Assembly: GCF_006345805.1 (NCBI RefSeq)
Contig: NC_043016.1
Coordinates: forward strand, 26,598,001 to 26,662,000
Origin: Octopus sinensis
Taxonomy: Eukaryota
DNA: 64,000 nt
Direction: 5' to 3'
The position numbers and the translations under genes are program-made. The notes beneath the pieces were generated by a model. The model saw only the letters and a list, made by a program, of their open reading frames with translations, had not been told where the DNA came from and did not search any database. Shown piece by piece: positions 35,190 to 45,800 of this stretch (position 1 is its first letter; every line of letters begins with the position of its first letter).

Positions 35190-35600
35190 AATTGAGATAG
35201 TGGTGGTGGCGATGGGGTGTGTGGGGTGGAAGTAGTGGTGGTGATAATTGTGAAGATAATAATGATAATGGACATTGTGGTGGTGGTGGTAATGATGATA
35301 ATGTTGATTATGAAGAGATGGTAGTGACAGTGATGATAATGATGGAGGGGGATGCTGCTACTGTGAGTATTTATGGAGGTAGTATATGTAGTGATAAGGA
35401 TGTGGAAATTAAAGTAGTGATGGGATGGCAATGATGATGATGATGATGATAGTGGAAACCTTGGAGCTGGTGATGGTGATATTGGAGGTGGTGGTGATTG
35501 TATTAATGATGACAAAATAGTGTTCATAATGGTAACAATGAAGGGGAGGAGAAGGAAGGATGATAGTGATGGTGATGGTGGTGATCTTGATATGATGACA
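35190..35600. repeat. Degenerate (GAT/GGT)n low-complexity tract
   Basis: Direct reading. Confidence 0.85.
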
Positions 35601-35734
35601 ACCTTCTTGCTTTCTCTCTCTCCCTCTTTCTCTTTTCAACCCCCTCCTCATTCCTTCAACTTTAATTCCTTTTTTCACTCACTTGCCTCCAGCCCAGCAA
35701 CTCCACTACTTTTCTTTCTCCCTCAAACTCTCAG

Positions 35735-36330
35735 GTGAAGTAACAGGGTTTCAAATATTAGATTCTACACTCCTGGGAGTGAATAGATAAACTTAACCTA
35801 CCAAATGGGAACTCTTGTATCGAACTGTTACTTGAAGTGTGTGTAGAGCATTTTTCTCTATGGACCCAAAATCTAGATTATGACCACAACCACCACCACC
35901 ACTTGATTTTGAACAAATGAAATCTTCATGCATGTACCTATGTATGGTGTATCACTCTGTGTGTGTGTAGAGCATTTTTCTTTATGGACCCAAAATCTAG
36001 ATTATGAAGAAGGAACTTTAAAAATCACCTTGATTGCACATACATCAGACTTCTCATGAGGGTTCGAAGCATCTCATGGCGTGAATACAAGACCAAGGAA
36101 GAGATTTATAGACACATTTCAGCTCTTCTTTTGTTATTCAACCCAGAGTTGGCTTGCTATCTTATTGAACAATAGTCTATATTAGATGTTACAGTTTGGA
36201 GATTTCTGCAATCTAATAGGTGAAGAATACTACTCTGCTACATAGATGTTACTGATAGAAGACACATAAACTGAAGATCTATTAAAGATAATGAGAAGCA
36301 AAAATTCCTGGCAAGGCATAGTAAAACACA
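35735..36330 (+). mobile_element. Ancient RTE/RTE-X-like LINE relic
   Basis: About 36026-36125 translates DCTYIRLLMRVRSISWREYKTKEEIYRHIS, resembling the post-RT D..YTRLLxxV.NISW motif. Confidence 0.55.
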
Positions 36331-36534
36331 TCTCAGTTGTGGCTACTTGAAGAAGTAAAATATATATGCATGATTGCATGCTTTTATATATGTGTGAGCT
36401 TGTGAGCACTGTAACTCAGTGTGGCTGCCTTTACAGAAAGATGATTTTAATAACCTTAAAATAAAATATAAATTGTTCATACATTTTGTTCATAGCTAAA
36501 TGGCTAGGAGGTGTCACTCAATATTAGACATGTT

Positions 36535-36730
36535 GAAGGTGGCAAGCTGGCAGAACTGTTAGCACAGCAGCACATTTCATCCATGTTTACATTCTGAGTT
36601 CAAATTCCGTGAAGATTGTCCTTTTGGGGTGAATAAAATAAGTACCAGTTGAGCACTGACATCAATGTAATCAACTTCGCCACCACCACTCATGAAATTG
36701 TTGGCCTTGTGCCAAAATTTGTAACCTATA
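36535..36730 (+). mobile_element. SINE family B (decayed)
   Basis: ggcaagctggcagaactgttagc...ttctgagttcaaattcc...aataagtaccag. Confidence 0.75.
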
Positions 36731-36734
36731 TTAG

Positions 36735-36935
36735 ACATGTTGGATCTGTTGACTCAATGTTAGACCTGTTGACTTAACATTAGATCCCTTGACCTAATGG
36801 TAAAGCTGTTGGTTATATTGATTCAACATTAAACATGTTGAATCAACATTAAACATGTTGAATCAACATTAAACATATTGACTCAACATTAGACATATTG
36901 GCTCAACATTAGATACTCTGATTCAATATTGACTC
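36735..36935. repeat. About 20-bp minisatellite with a palindromic unit
   Basis: (acatgttgaatcaacattaa)-like units, about 10 degenerate copies. Confidence 0.8.
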
Positions 36936-37119
36936 ACAGGTTAATAATGTTTGTACAACATAGAGCACCATCTTAGAAAAAGATATATTTGGCTTACAGA
37001 GAAAAATGGATGGTTATAACTTGAATTCCTTTGGTCCTAGTTCTGCTCAATCAGAGCTGAGACAGAGAGCTAGACAAAACCACCATCAATTATGGTAATA
37101 GATATGTTGATTCAGTATC

Positions 37120-40100
37120 CCTGGTTCAGATTACCTTGTCAAATATAATGCTTATTTACTCACATTGTTTTGAATTAATCATGCATTATCTCATAGCTTC
37201 AAGATTTCATTGATGTGATTGTTTATTTTTAGAATGACATTCATCATCATCATCATCATCATTTAGCGTCCGTTTTCCATGCTAGCATGGGTTGGACGGT
37301 TCTACTGGGGTCTGTGAAGCCAGAAGGCTTCATCAGGCCCAGTCAAATCTGGCAGTGTTTCTACGGCTGGATGCCCTTCCTAACGCCAACCACTCCGTGA
37401 GTGTAGTGGGTGCTTTTTACGTGCCACCCGCACTGGTGCCAGACAGAGCTGGCAAACGGCCACGAACGGATGGTGCTTTTTATGTGCCACCGGCACGAGG
37501 GCCAGGCGAGGATGGCAACGGACACGAAACGGGGCGGTGCTGGCAACGGTCGCGAAACGGAAAGTTCTCTTACATGCCACCGGCACTGGTAACACATCTG
37601 CAATTTCCATTGATCGATTTCCATTGATCGATTTCGATTCTGATCCTCACTTGCCTCAATGGGTCTTCACAAGCAGAGTTTCGACATGCCACCGGCACTG
37701 GTAGCACATCCGCAATTTCCATTGATCGATTTCGATTCTGATCCTCACTTGCCTCAACACGTCTTCACAAGTAGAGTTTTGTGTCCCAAGAAGGGAAGGT
37801 ATGCATACGTAGGCTGGCTCCATCCCATGTAGAAGGCCACGGGTTGTGGACTCACTTGTCCTGCCGGGTCTTCTCGCGCACAGCACACTTCCAGAGGTCT
37901 CGGTCTCTAGTCATTTCCTCAGTGAGACCTAAAGTTCGAAGGTCGTGCTTCACCACCTCGTCCCAGGTTTTCCTGGGTCTGCCTCTTCCACAGGTTCCCT
38001 CAACCGCTAGGGTGTGGCACTTTTTCACACAACTATCTTCATCCATTCTCGCCACATGACCATACCAGCGCAAACGTCTCTCTTGCACACCACAACTGAT
38101 GCTTCTTAGGTCCAGCTTTTCTCTCAAGGTACTTACACTCTGCCGAGTGTGAGTACCGGCATTACACATCCATCGGAGCATACTGGCTTCATTTCTAGCG
38201 AGCTTACGCATATCCTCAGCAGTCACGGCCCATGTTTCACTGCCATGTAGCATGGCTGTTCGTACACACGCATCATACAGTCTGCCTTTCACTCTGTGCG
38301 AGAGGCCTTTTGTCACCAGCAGAGGTAAGAGCTCTCTGAACTTGCCCAAGCTATTCTTACTCTAGCAGTTACACTTTCAGCACACCCGCCCCCGCTGCTG
38401 ACTTGGTCACCTAGGTAACGGAAACTATCAACTATTTCTAGTTTTTCTCCCTGGAAAGTGACGGAAGTTGGTCTCAGAGCATTTTCAGTGTTTATTGTTC
38501 CTGAGCATCTGCCACATACAAAAACCATCTTCCTAGTTAGCCTTCCTTTGACATTGCTGCATCTCTTATGTGTCCATAGCTTACACTTGGTGCATCTTAT
38601 AGAGTTTCTACCTACACCTTTTCTACAGATCGAGCAGGGCCATCTACCTGAAGGTTTTGTGATTTGTCTACCTTCCTACTGATTACAACTTTGGTTTTAG
38701 CTAGATTGACTCTGAGGCCCTTCGATTCTAATCCTTGTTTCCACACCTGAAACTTCTCCTCCAGTTCTGATAGCGACTCAGCAATTAGAGCAAGGTCATC
38801 AGCATAGAGAAGCTCCCAAGGGCATCCTGTCTTGAATTCCTCCGTTATTGCCTGGAGGACTATGATAAATAGGAGGGGGCTGAGTACTGAGCCTTGGTGG
38901 ACCCCTACCTCTACCTGGAATTCTTCACTGTACTCATTTCCAACCCTCACCCTACTAACGGCGTCCCTATACATGGCCCGCACAGCTCTCACTAACCATT
39001 CATCTATCCCTAGTTTTCTCATTGCCCACCAGATAAGGGATCGGGGGACCCTGTCGAAGGCTTTCTCCATGTCAACAAAAGCCAGGTACAGGGGCTTATC
39101 TTTGGCTAGGTATTTCTCCTGCAGCTGCCTTACCAGGAATATAGCATCAGTAGTACTTTTCCCTGGCACAAACCCAAACTGCATCTCATCTAAACTAACT
39201 CTCTCTCTAATTAGTTGGGCTATGACCCTCTCCGTAACCTTCATCACCTGGTCCAACAGCTTGATACCTCTGTAGTTATTTGTATCTAGGGCATCACCTT
39301 TACCTTTGTAGCAGTTGACTATTATACTGCTACACCAGTCATTGGGTATGACCCCTTTGTGTATCACCTGATTAACTATATGGGTGACTAGGCTATAGCC
39401 GACACTACCAGACATTTTGAGCATCTCTGCAGTGATTCCTGATGGGCCCGGGGCTTTCCCTGTCTTCATGCTTCTAATTGCCTTAGCTACCACAGAACTA
39501 TCAACTCGGATAGCTGGTCCCTCTGTTGGGTCAACATTCGGCAGACTCTCTTTATCCCATTCATTTTCTTCATTCAGCAACCTTTCATAGTGGCATCTCC
39601 AAACCTCTCTCTTTGCATCCTCATTTAGCGCAAGTGAACCATCTTCCATGCGAACACACTTCTCTCCTACCACATCACGATTCTCTCTCAAACACTGTCT
39701 TGCAACACGAAACACCTCCAGTCTTTGGTCCTCACGGCGCAGAACATTGGCAAATTTTTTCTTATCTGCTTCCCCTCTGGCTAAATAAACCTGTCTCCTA
39801 GCTTCTCTTTTGGCAGTCTGATACAATTCCCTGCTACCCCCATTTTTCCAGACCTTCCAAGCCTGTCTCTTTTCTCTTATAGCCCTGTCTACAATATTGT
39901 TCCACCACCACGTTATTCTAGGTCGAGAGGGGACTTTGCACCAGCCACAGATCTGGTCAGTGGCTCTCAGCAGGTTGTCCCTTAGAAACGTCCAGCTGTC
40001 TTCTACCCCTGTGATGCTCTATCCCCTTCTACTTCGTCAGAGGCTTCAAGTAATATGTCCCTAAATCTCTGTCCATTTGCAGGATCTTTAAGCTTCCAGA

Positions 40101-40380
40101 TCCTTCTTCTCCATATTTGTCGTCTTCTGGTTGTCCTCCTAGTCCTGATCCTAAAGTCACTAACTACCAGTCTATGTTGTGGGGTACATTCTTCACCTGG
40201 GAAGGTTTTGGCATTTATAAGCAGCCATCTCTCCCTTTGCCTTGTAAGGATGTAGTCAATTTGGCTGGTATGTTGGCCCGTAGGATAGATGTAAGAGGCC
40301 AGATCTGGGTAGTTCGAACATGAAAACAGGTACAATATTCCGGGTTGATATGGCAGGTTTAAATGCTGAAGAGTAAACTT
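37120..40380. mobile_element. piggyBac-like MITE (31102 family) split by the RTE insertion
   Basis: About 37120-37241 and 40280-40380 rejoin to match 31130-31325. Confidence 0.8.
37242..40279 (-). mobile_element. Young 5'-truncated RTE LINE (APE C-terminus, RT, PHD-type finger, thumb, 3'UTR, (GAT)n tail)
   Basis: QIDYIL...PQHRLV; NYRGIKLL, QFGFVPGKSTTDAIF, DMEKAFDRV, GVHQGSVLSPLLF, LLYADD, FRYLG, RLRWYGHV, RGRPRKTW; three 1-nt frameshifts and, as read by eye, no nonsense substitutions. Confidence 0.97.
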
Positions 40381-40577
40381 TACAGTTATTGTTTATCTTG
40401 TGAATAAAATTTATAGATAATCATGCAACTTACCAAACACGGACAGGTTAATTTCAAGATTTGTTACTTACCTAAAAATAAGAGAAAAACAATACAATTA
40501 ATTATGGCAATATTGATATCGTGGATAATTTTATATAAACAAAATCCAAAAAATAAAACAAAAAATTTTTTTATAGG

Positions 40578-40920
40578 TGCAGGCATGGCTGTGTGGTTAA
40601 GAACTTCAGTTTACAATCATGTCAGACTCAGGTTCAATCTCACTGTCTTCTACTATAACCCCAGGCCAACAAATGCCTTGTTAGAGAATTTGGTTGAAGG
40701 ATACTGTTTGGAAGACCATAATGTGTGTGTGCGTGTGTGTATGTCCTGAATTGCTTGACAATTGGTGTTGGTTTGTTTATATCCCAGTGATTTAGGGGTT
40801 CAGCAAAACAGAGGAAAAGTAAATCAGAAAGAAAGGTTAGGGTTGATTTATGAGATTAAAACGTCTAAAGTAGTGCTCCAGCCTAACTACAGTTCATTGA
40901 TCGAAGTAAGTAAAAGATAA
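40578..40920 (+). mobile_element. SINE family A (decayed)
   Basis: gcaggcatggctgtgtggttaag...gtgctccagcc...gtaaaagataaaag. Confidence 0.7.
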
Positions 40921-41024
40921 AAGATGTTCTCTGATAGATATATTGATATGATTAGTAAATATAATTCCTATCAAGAACACATACTACTTTCATGTAGGTG
41001 CAGGTGTGACTGAGGTAAGAAGTA

Positions 41025-41260
41025 TAAAGTGGTGAGCTGGCAGAAACGTTAGCACACCGGGTGAAATGCTTAGCAGTATTTCATCTGTTGTTACGTTCTG
41101 AGTTCAAATTCTGCCGAGGTCGACTTTGCCTGTCATCCTTTCGGGGTCGATAAATGAAGTACCAGTTACACACTGGAGTCAATATAATCGACTTAATCCC
41201 TTTGTCTGTCCTTGTTTGTCCCCTCTATGATTAGCTCCTTGTGGGCAATAAAGAAATAAG
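41025..41260 (+). mobile_element. SINE family B nested in a SINE A head (A continues at about 41262-41430)
   Basis: Complete B copy; gtaagaagt resumes as agaagtttgcttcccaacc. Confidence 0.8.
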
Positions 41261-41519
41261 AAGTTTGCTTCCCAACCACATGGTGCTGTGTTCCCTTCTG
41301 GCATAGCACCTTTGGTAAGTGTCATCTACCATAGTCCAGAGTTAACCCAAGCCTTGTCAATGAATTTGGTAAACAGACACTGAAAGAAGACCATCATATA
41401 TTTGTGAGACTGTTTGTGTTTGTGTCTCCTTGTTTACAACCTGATAGTTGTAAATGAGTGTCATTATTATTCAAGCAGTGTCATTCAATATTCTGCAAGA
41501 ACATGTCTGGCCAGGAGGG

Positions 41520-41655
41520 AAAAATCACCTTACTTAGAAAACAGGTGAGGGTTGGTGACAGGAAGGGCATCTGGTCATAGAAAATTTAACCCCAATAAAA
41601 TTCAAATCTGTCTGACCTATGCTAGCATGGAAAAGCAGGCATTAAAATGATGATG
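41520..41655 (+). mobile_element. Decayed RTE 3' tail
   Basis: gacaggaagggcatctggtc...gctagcatggaaaagcaggcattaaaatgatgatg. Confidence 0.65.
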
Positions 41656-43085
41656 TAGAAAGGAAATTCATAATGAAAAAGAAGTGTAATGATATGTTGT
41701 TTATGCCATTCTTAATGAATAACATTGATATGTGAATAAAATTGGTTATAAGGCAACCGGAATAGAAAAAGCAATGTAACAGACTTGATTCACTAGAAAT
41801 TTTCCTTTCTGTACTAACAACATTCAAAATATATACAACAGCTGTAATTTTTCTTCTATCCACAACATACTGAATAGGTCACTAAAAGTGTTACAACACC
41901 AGCTTTTTAACATTTTTATTATATCAAGAAAAAGTTAAATACATCAAGTATGTTTAGTTTGAAATAATAACATTCTTAAAACCCATTAATCCATCTGTTA
42001 CCATATTTCTATTCAAATGTGCAGCCTTTGTTTCAATTAAATTTGAAAGTAATGAAAAATTTAGTTAAACTACTTTGTCATTTGGTATTTGGAACATACA
42101 TATTAAACATGAAATTTTGATGGAAGATTTAAATTTTGATCACTTTAACACTTTTGCTACCATATTTCTGTTGAAATACACTGGTTTCTACTGCTGGATG
42201 CCATTCCTTATTGAATCTACTAACATATTCATGGTAACAAATTTACATTTGCCCAGAATATATTAGTTACATCTCTTTTTGTATAAACTCAAAAATTATT
42301 ACCATTTTAACATCTATTTTCCCATGCCATGGATAATAAGAAAGTTTATATTTTTCCTACCACAGGTTACTGAATCATGATGCAGGGAGTAGAGAGAATT
42401 TTTTTCTTCTTTCTTTAGTGATCTTAAATTGCAAGGAACATCATTTTGGGCTTGCAGCTTCAGGGACAACAATACAATGACATTAGTAAGATATGAATTA
42501 ATGACCATGAAATCAGAAAGACAGCTCATGCATAGGATGGTTAGGCATTAGTGTCAGCTTCATCGTCGGCATCATTGTTTTAATGTCCATTTTTCAATCA
42601 ATGTTTGTCTGCCTCAAATTAGTTTTGTTGAAGCAGATTTTTCTATAACCAGAGGCTGGGACTTCATGTCACGAAAACTCATTTGCTTCCAAAATAATAA
42701 GACAATATTTATCCCCCTTTGTCCTTCAAACAGCAAATGGTGCAATGGCAGGACATGATTCCCCTGATGGATTGTACACAAGGTGACTTTTGTTTACAAT
42801 TAGAACACACATTTCAAGATACATGGCATGCTCTCTCTCTCTCTCACTCCCTCCTCCCTACCAACCTGCTACACACAACAGGCTTGTTCCAATTTCTATC
42901 CACTAAATTTCACAACACACACATCAGTATGCAGCTACTGTAGGAATAACCAGCCAACAGTGACATATAACTCTTTCTCACTCAGATTACTCTTGTCAAA
43001 TATAATGCTTACATCTCTTCACCTTGTTTTGAATTAATCGTGCATTACCTCATCTCATAGATTTGAAATTTCGACGAAATATAGG

Positions 43086-43248
43086 CATAGGAGTGGCTGT
43101 GTGGTAAATAGCTTGCTTACGAACCACATAGTCCCGGGTTCAGTCCCACTACGTGGCACCTTGGGCAAGTGTCTTCTACTATAGCTTCAGGTCGACCAAA
43201 GCCTTGTGAGTGGATTTGGTAGATGGAAACTGAAAGATGGAAACTGTC

Positions 43249-43323
<75 letters not shown>

Positions 43324-43324
43324 A

Positions 43325-43384
<60 letters not shown>

Positions 43385-43586
43385 TGTGTGTATATGTTTG
43401 TCCCCCCAACATCACTTGACAACCGATGTTGGTGTGTTTACGTCCCCATAACTTAGTGGTTCGGCAAAAGAGACCGATAGAATAAGTACTATGCTTACAA
43501 AGAATAAGTCCTGGGGGTCGACTTGATCGACTAAAAGGCAGTGCTCCAGCATTGCCACAGTCAAATGACTGAAACAAGTAAAAGAG
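43086..43586 (+). mobile_element. SINE family A with an expanded internal (AT)n
   Basis: Complete copy; local duplication agatggaaactg at 43221-43246. Confidence 0.9.
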
Positions 43587-44066
43587 AAGTGATTGTTTAT
43601 TTTTGATACTGTTGGGAAGGTGTGAGAGGCCAAATCTAGCCAGTTTAAGGCAAAATTAATATTGAATATTTTAGAGGTGGATGTTGCCGATTGAATTACT
43701 AATAGATTAAATCGTGTAGTTTTGAAGTGAACTTCTTAACCACACGATTATGCTTGTACTTATATACGTGTTGAAGAAATTGTTTTACATGTGACTGCTT
43801 TTTCCTTCGCAAATCTCTCAGCATGGTTGACTGATAAGATCTGAATTTATGACTGATGTTGTCAGTAGTCTTGAATCTTATAACCATTGTGCCTCACAAA
43901 ATTACAAAATTAGATGTCAGCTAGTGCAAAAAGAAAAAAAAATATATTCAAATGCAATATATTAAAGCTTTACACTTTTAAACAATAACCTAAATAGTTC
44001 AAAATATTCAAACAGAGAGTCCGTCAGATCAAAGGATATTACTATGTAGTTTTATGCTTAAATAAC

Positions 44067-44122
<56 letters not shown>

Positions 44123-44124
<2 letters not shown>

Positions 44125-44342
44125 TGAGGGGGAACCCAAAAGTTCTTGGCTTTAAGGATATTGTAAAAGGCCTGGTTGGAGGCCTAACCTCCTGAGTTCT
44201 TTTACAGGGCTTAGAAAAAAACTGAAGGACTACTGCAATAAGTGTGTGAATCTGAGAGGGAAAAATGTTGCATAAAATCATAATTAACCGATCTTGTATT
44301 TTCTTTTACTCATAGCTGGGAACTTTTCAGTACCCTCTCATG
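44123..44342 (+). mobile_element. Mariner-derived MITE
   Basis: catgagggggaacccaaaagtt / aacttttcagtaccctctcatg ends; retains sequence resembling the transposase end (aataagtgtgtgaatctgagaggg = NKCVNLRG). Confidence 0.7.
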
Positions 44343-45499
44343 TGTGTGTGTAGGGGGGATGTAGTTATAATTAGATGCAACTGAAGGTACACACAGAGAT
44401 TCATTCACGTATGCACGAACATGTTTATCTAAGAACATTATTCCACCATATTTTGATATGAATTTACAATATACATAGACAGAAATTTACAAAAATTATA
44501 TTTCCACTGGCTAAAAGCAATGCTATTATTAACAGTAGAATAACATCTCTGGGTTTTTTTTTTCCTGTTCAATGATATCTAAAGTGGAATTTTTATCATC
44601 TTTTTCAATATGCTTGCTGATTTAAAATTTTTTATAAATCTCAAAGCAAAATTCTTGTATTTAGATAATAAAATGATATTTCTTTGGGTCAATAAATAGT
44701 TTGTAAACATAAAGACCTTACAGTCATTACACTTGAACCCTGCCCATAAACTTTTGTTTACCATATTTGTGTTTGAGATATGTTTCCTTTATTTGGAAAT
44801 TAATGAATTAATTGTAAAAACAATGAAGAATTTAGCAAAATAACTTTGTTATTATTAAGTGGGTGTTTCGGACATAAATTAACATGAAATTTTTGATGGA
44901 AGGTTTTAATTTAGATCACTTTAAAATAGGATTTTTTTCTTTTTGCATCGTAGAACCAGGAGCAGTCTCAGGTTGGTATCAAAAGAGTTAAACAAGTCCC
45001 CCACCACACAACACTACTCTTCAAGAGCTTCTATAAAATGTTCAAGAATTCTGATGAAATAAGGCCTCTCATTGTTTCTTCTACAATAAAGTTTTCTATA
45101 CTCGCACAAAAATAATAATAAATGAAATAATGGAAAATTGAAAATCTGTTCTGCATTCTTTGTTATCAGATTTGTTTCATCTTGCAAATGAAAATATATA
45201 TTTTGAACTGCAGCAAAGTTTTTGCCTTTTTTTTTTTCTTTTTATATTATTTAGCTTTTATCTTTCATGAACAATGAATATTTTAAGTCTTGCCTTTTAT
45301 AAACTACAAAAAAGTATTTTAGAGTAAAGTTAAAAATACACGGTCATATAGAATGCATTAAATTCATGTGCACAACAGTATATTACATAATTTATTTTAT
45401 TACACTAACTGTCCACATGATTCCAGGATATTTACTGATAAGTGTGTGTGTGTATAGATGTGTATATTTGTATCTATATGCATATATATATATATATAT

Positions 45500-45800
45500 A
45501 TCATCATTATCATTGTGTAACATCCACATTTCATGCTGGCATGCATTGGCTGGTTTAACAGGAGCCAGCCAGGCAGAAGACTACACCAGGTTTCAGTGTC
45601 TGTTTTGGGATGGTTTTTATGGCTGGATGCCGTTCCTAATACCAACCACCCAGCAGAGTGGGCTGAGTGCTTTTTACAAGGCACCAGCACAGATGAGGTT
45701 AGTTTTGGTATGGTTTTTATAGCTGGATGCCCTTCCAAATGTCAACCACTTTACAGTGTGGACTGTTTGCTTCTTATGTAGCACCAACACTGGCAGGGTT
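45500..45800 (-). mobile_element. Decayed RTE 3' tail with an internal duplication
   Basis: ggctggatgccgttcctaatacc and agctggatgcccttccaaatgtc. Confidence 0.7.

Noticed and set aside
35102-35738. His/Thr/Ser- or Gly/Asp-rich ORFs
   Set aside because: Degenerate trinucleotide low-complexity DNA, open on both strands.
36735-36935. Palindromic repeat array as a CRISPR
   Set aside because: No unique spacers, no cas genes, eukaryotic context.
38832-39275. 147-aa plus-strand ORF (and 39526-39801, 37781-38059)
   Set aside because: Antisense shadows of the RTE ORF.
43699-43887. Basic 62-aa minus-strand ORF as exon 2 of the putative gene
   Set aside because: Weak acceptor and no recognisable homology; phase compatibility alone is insufficient.
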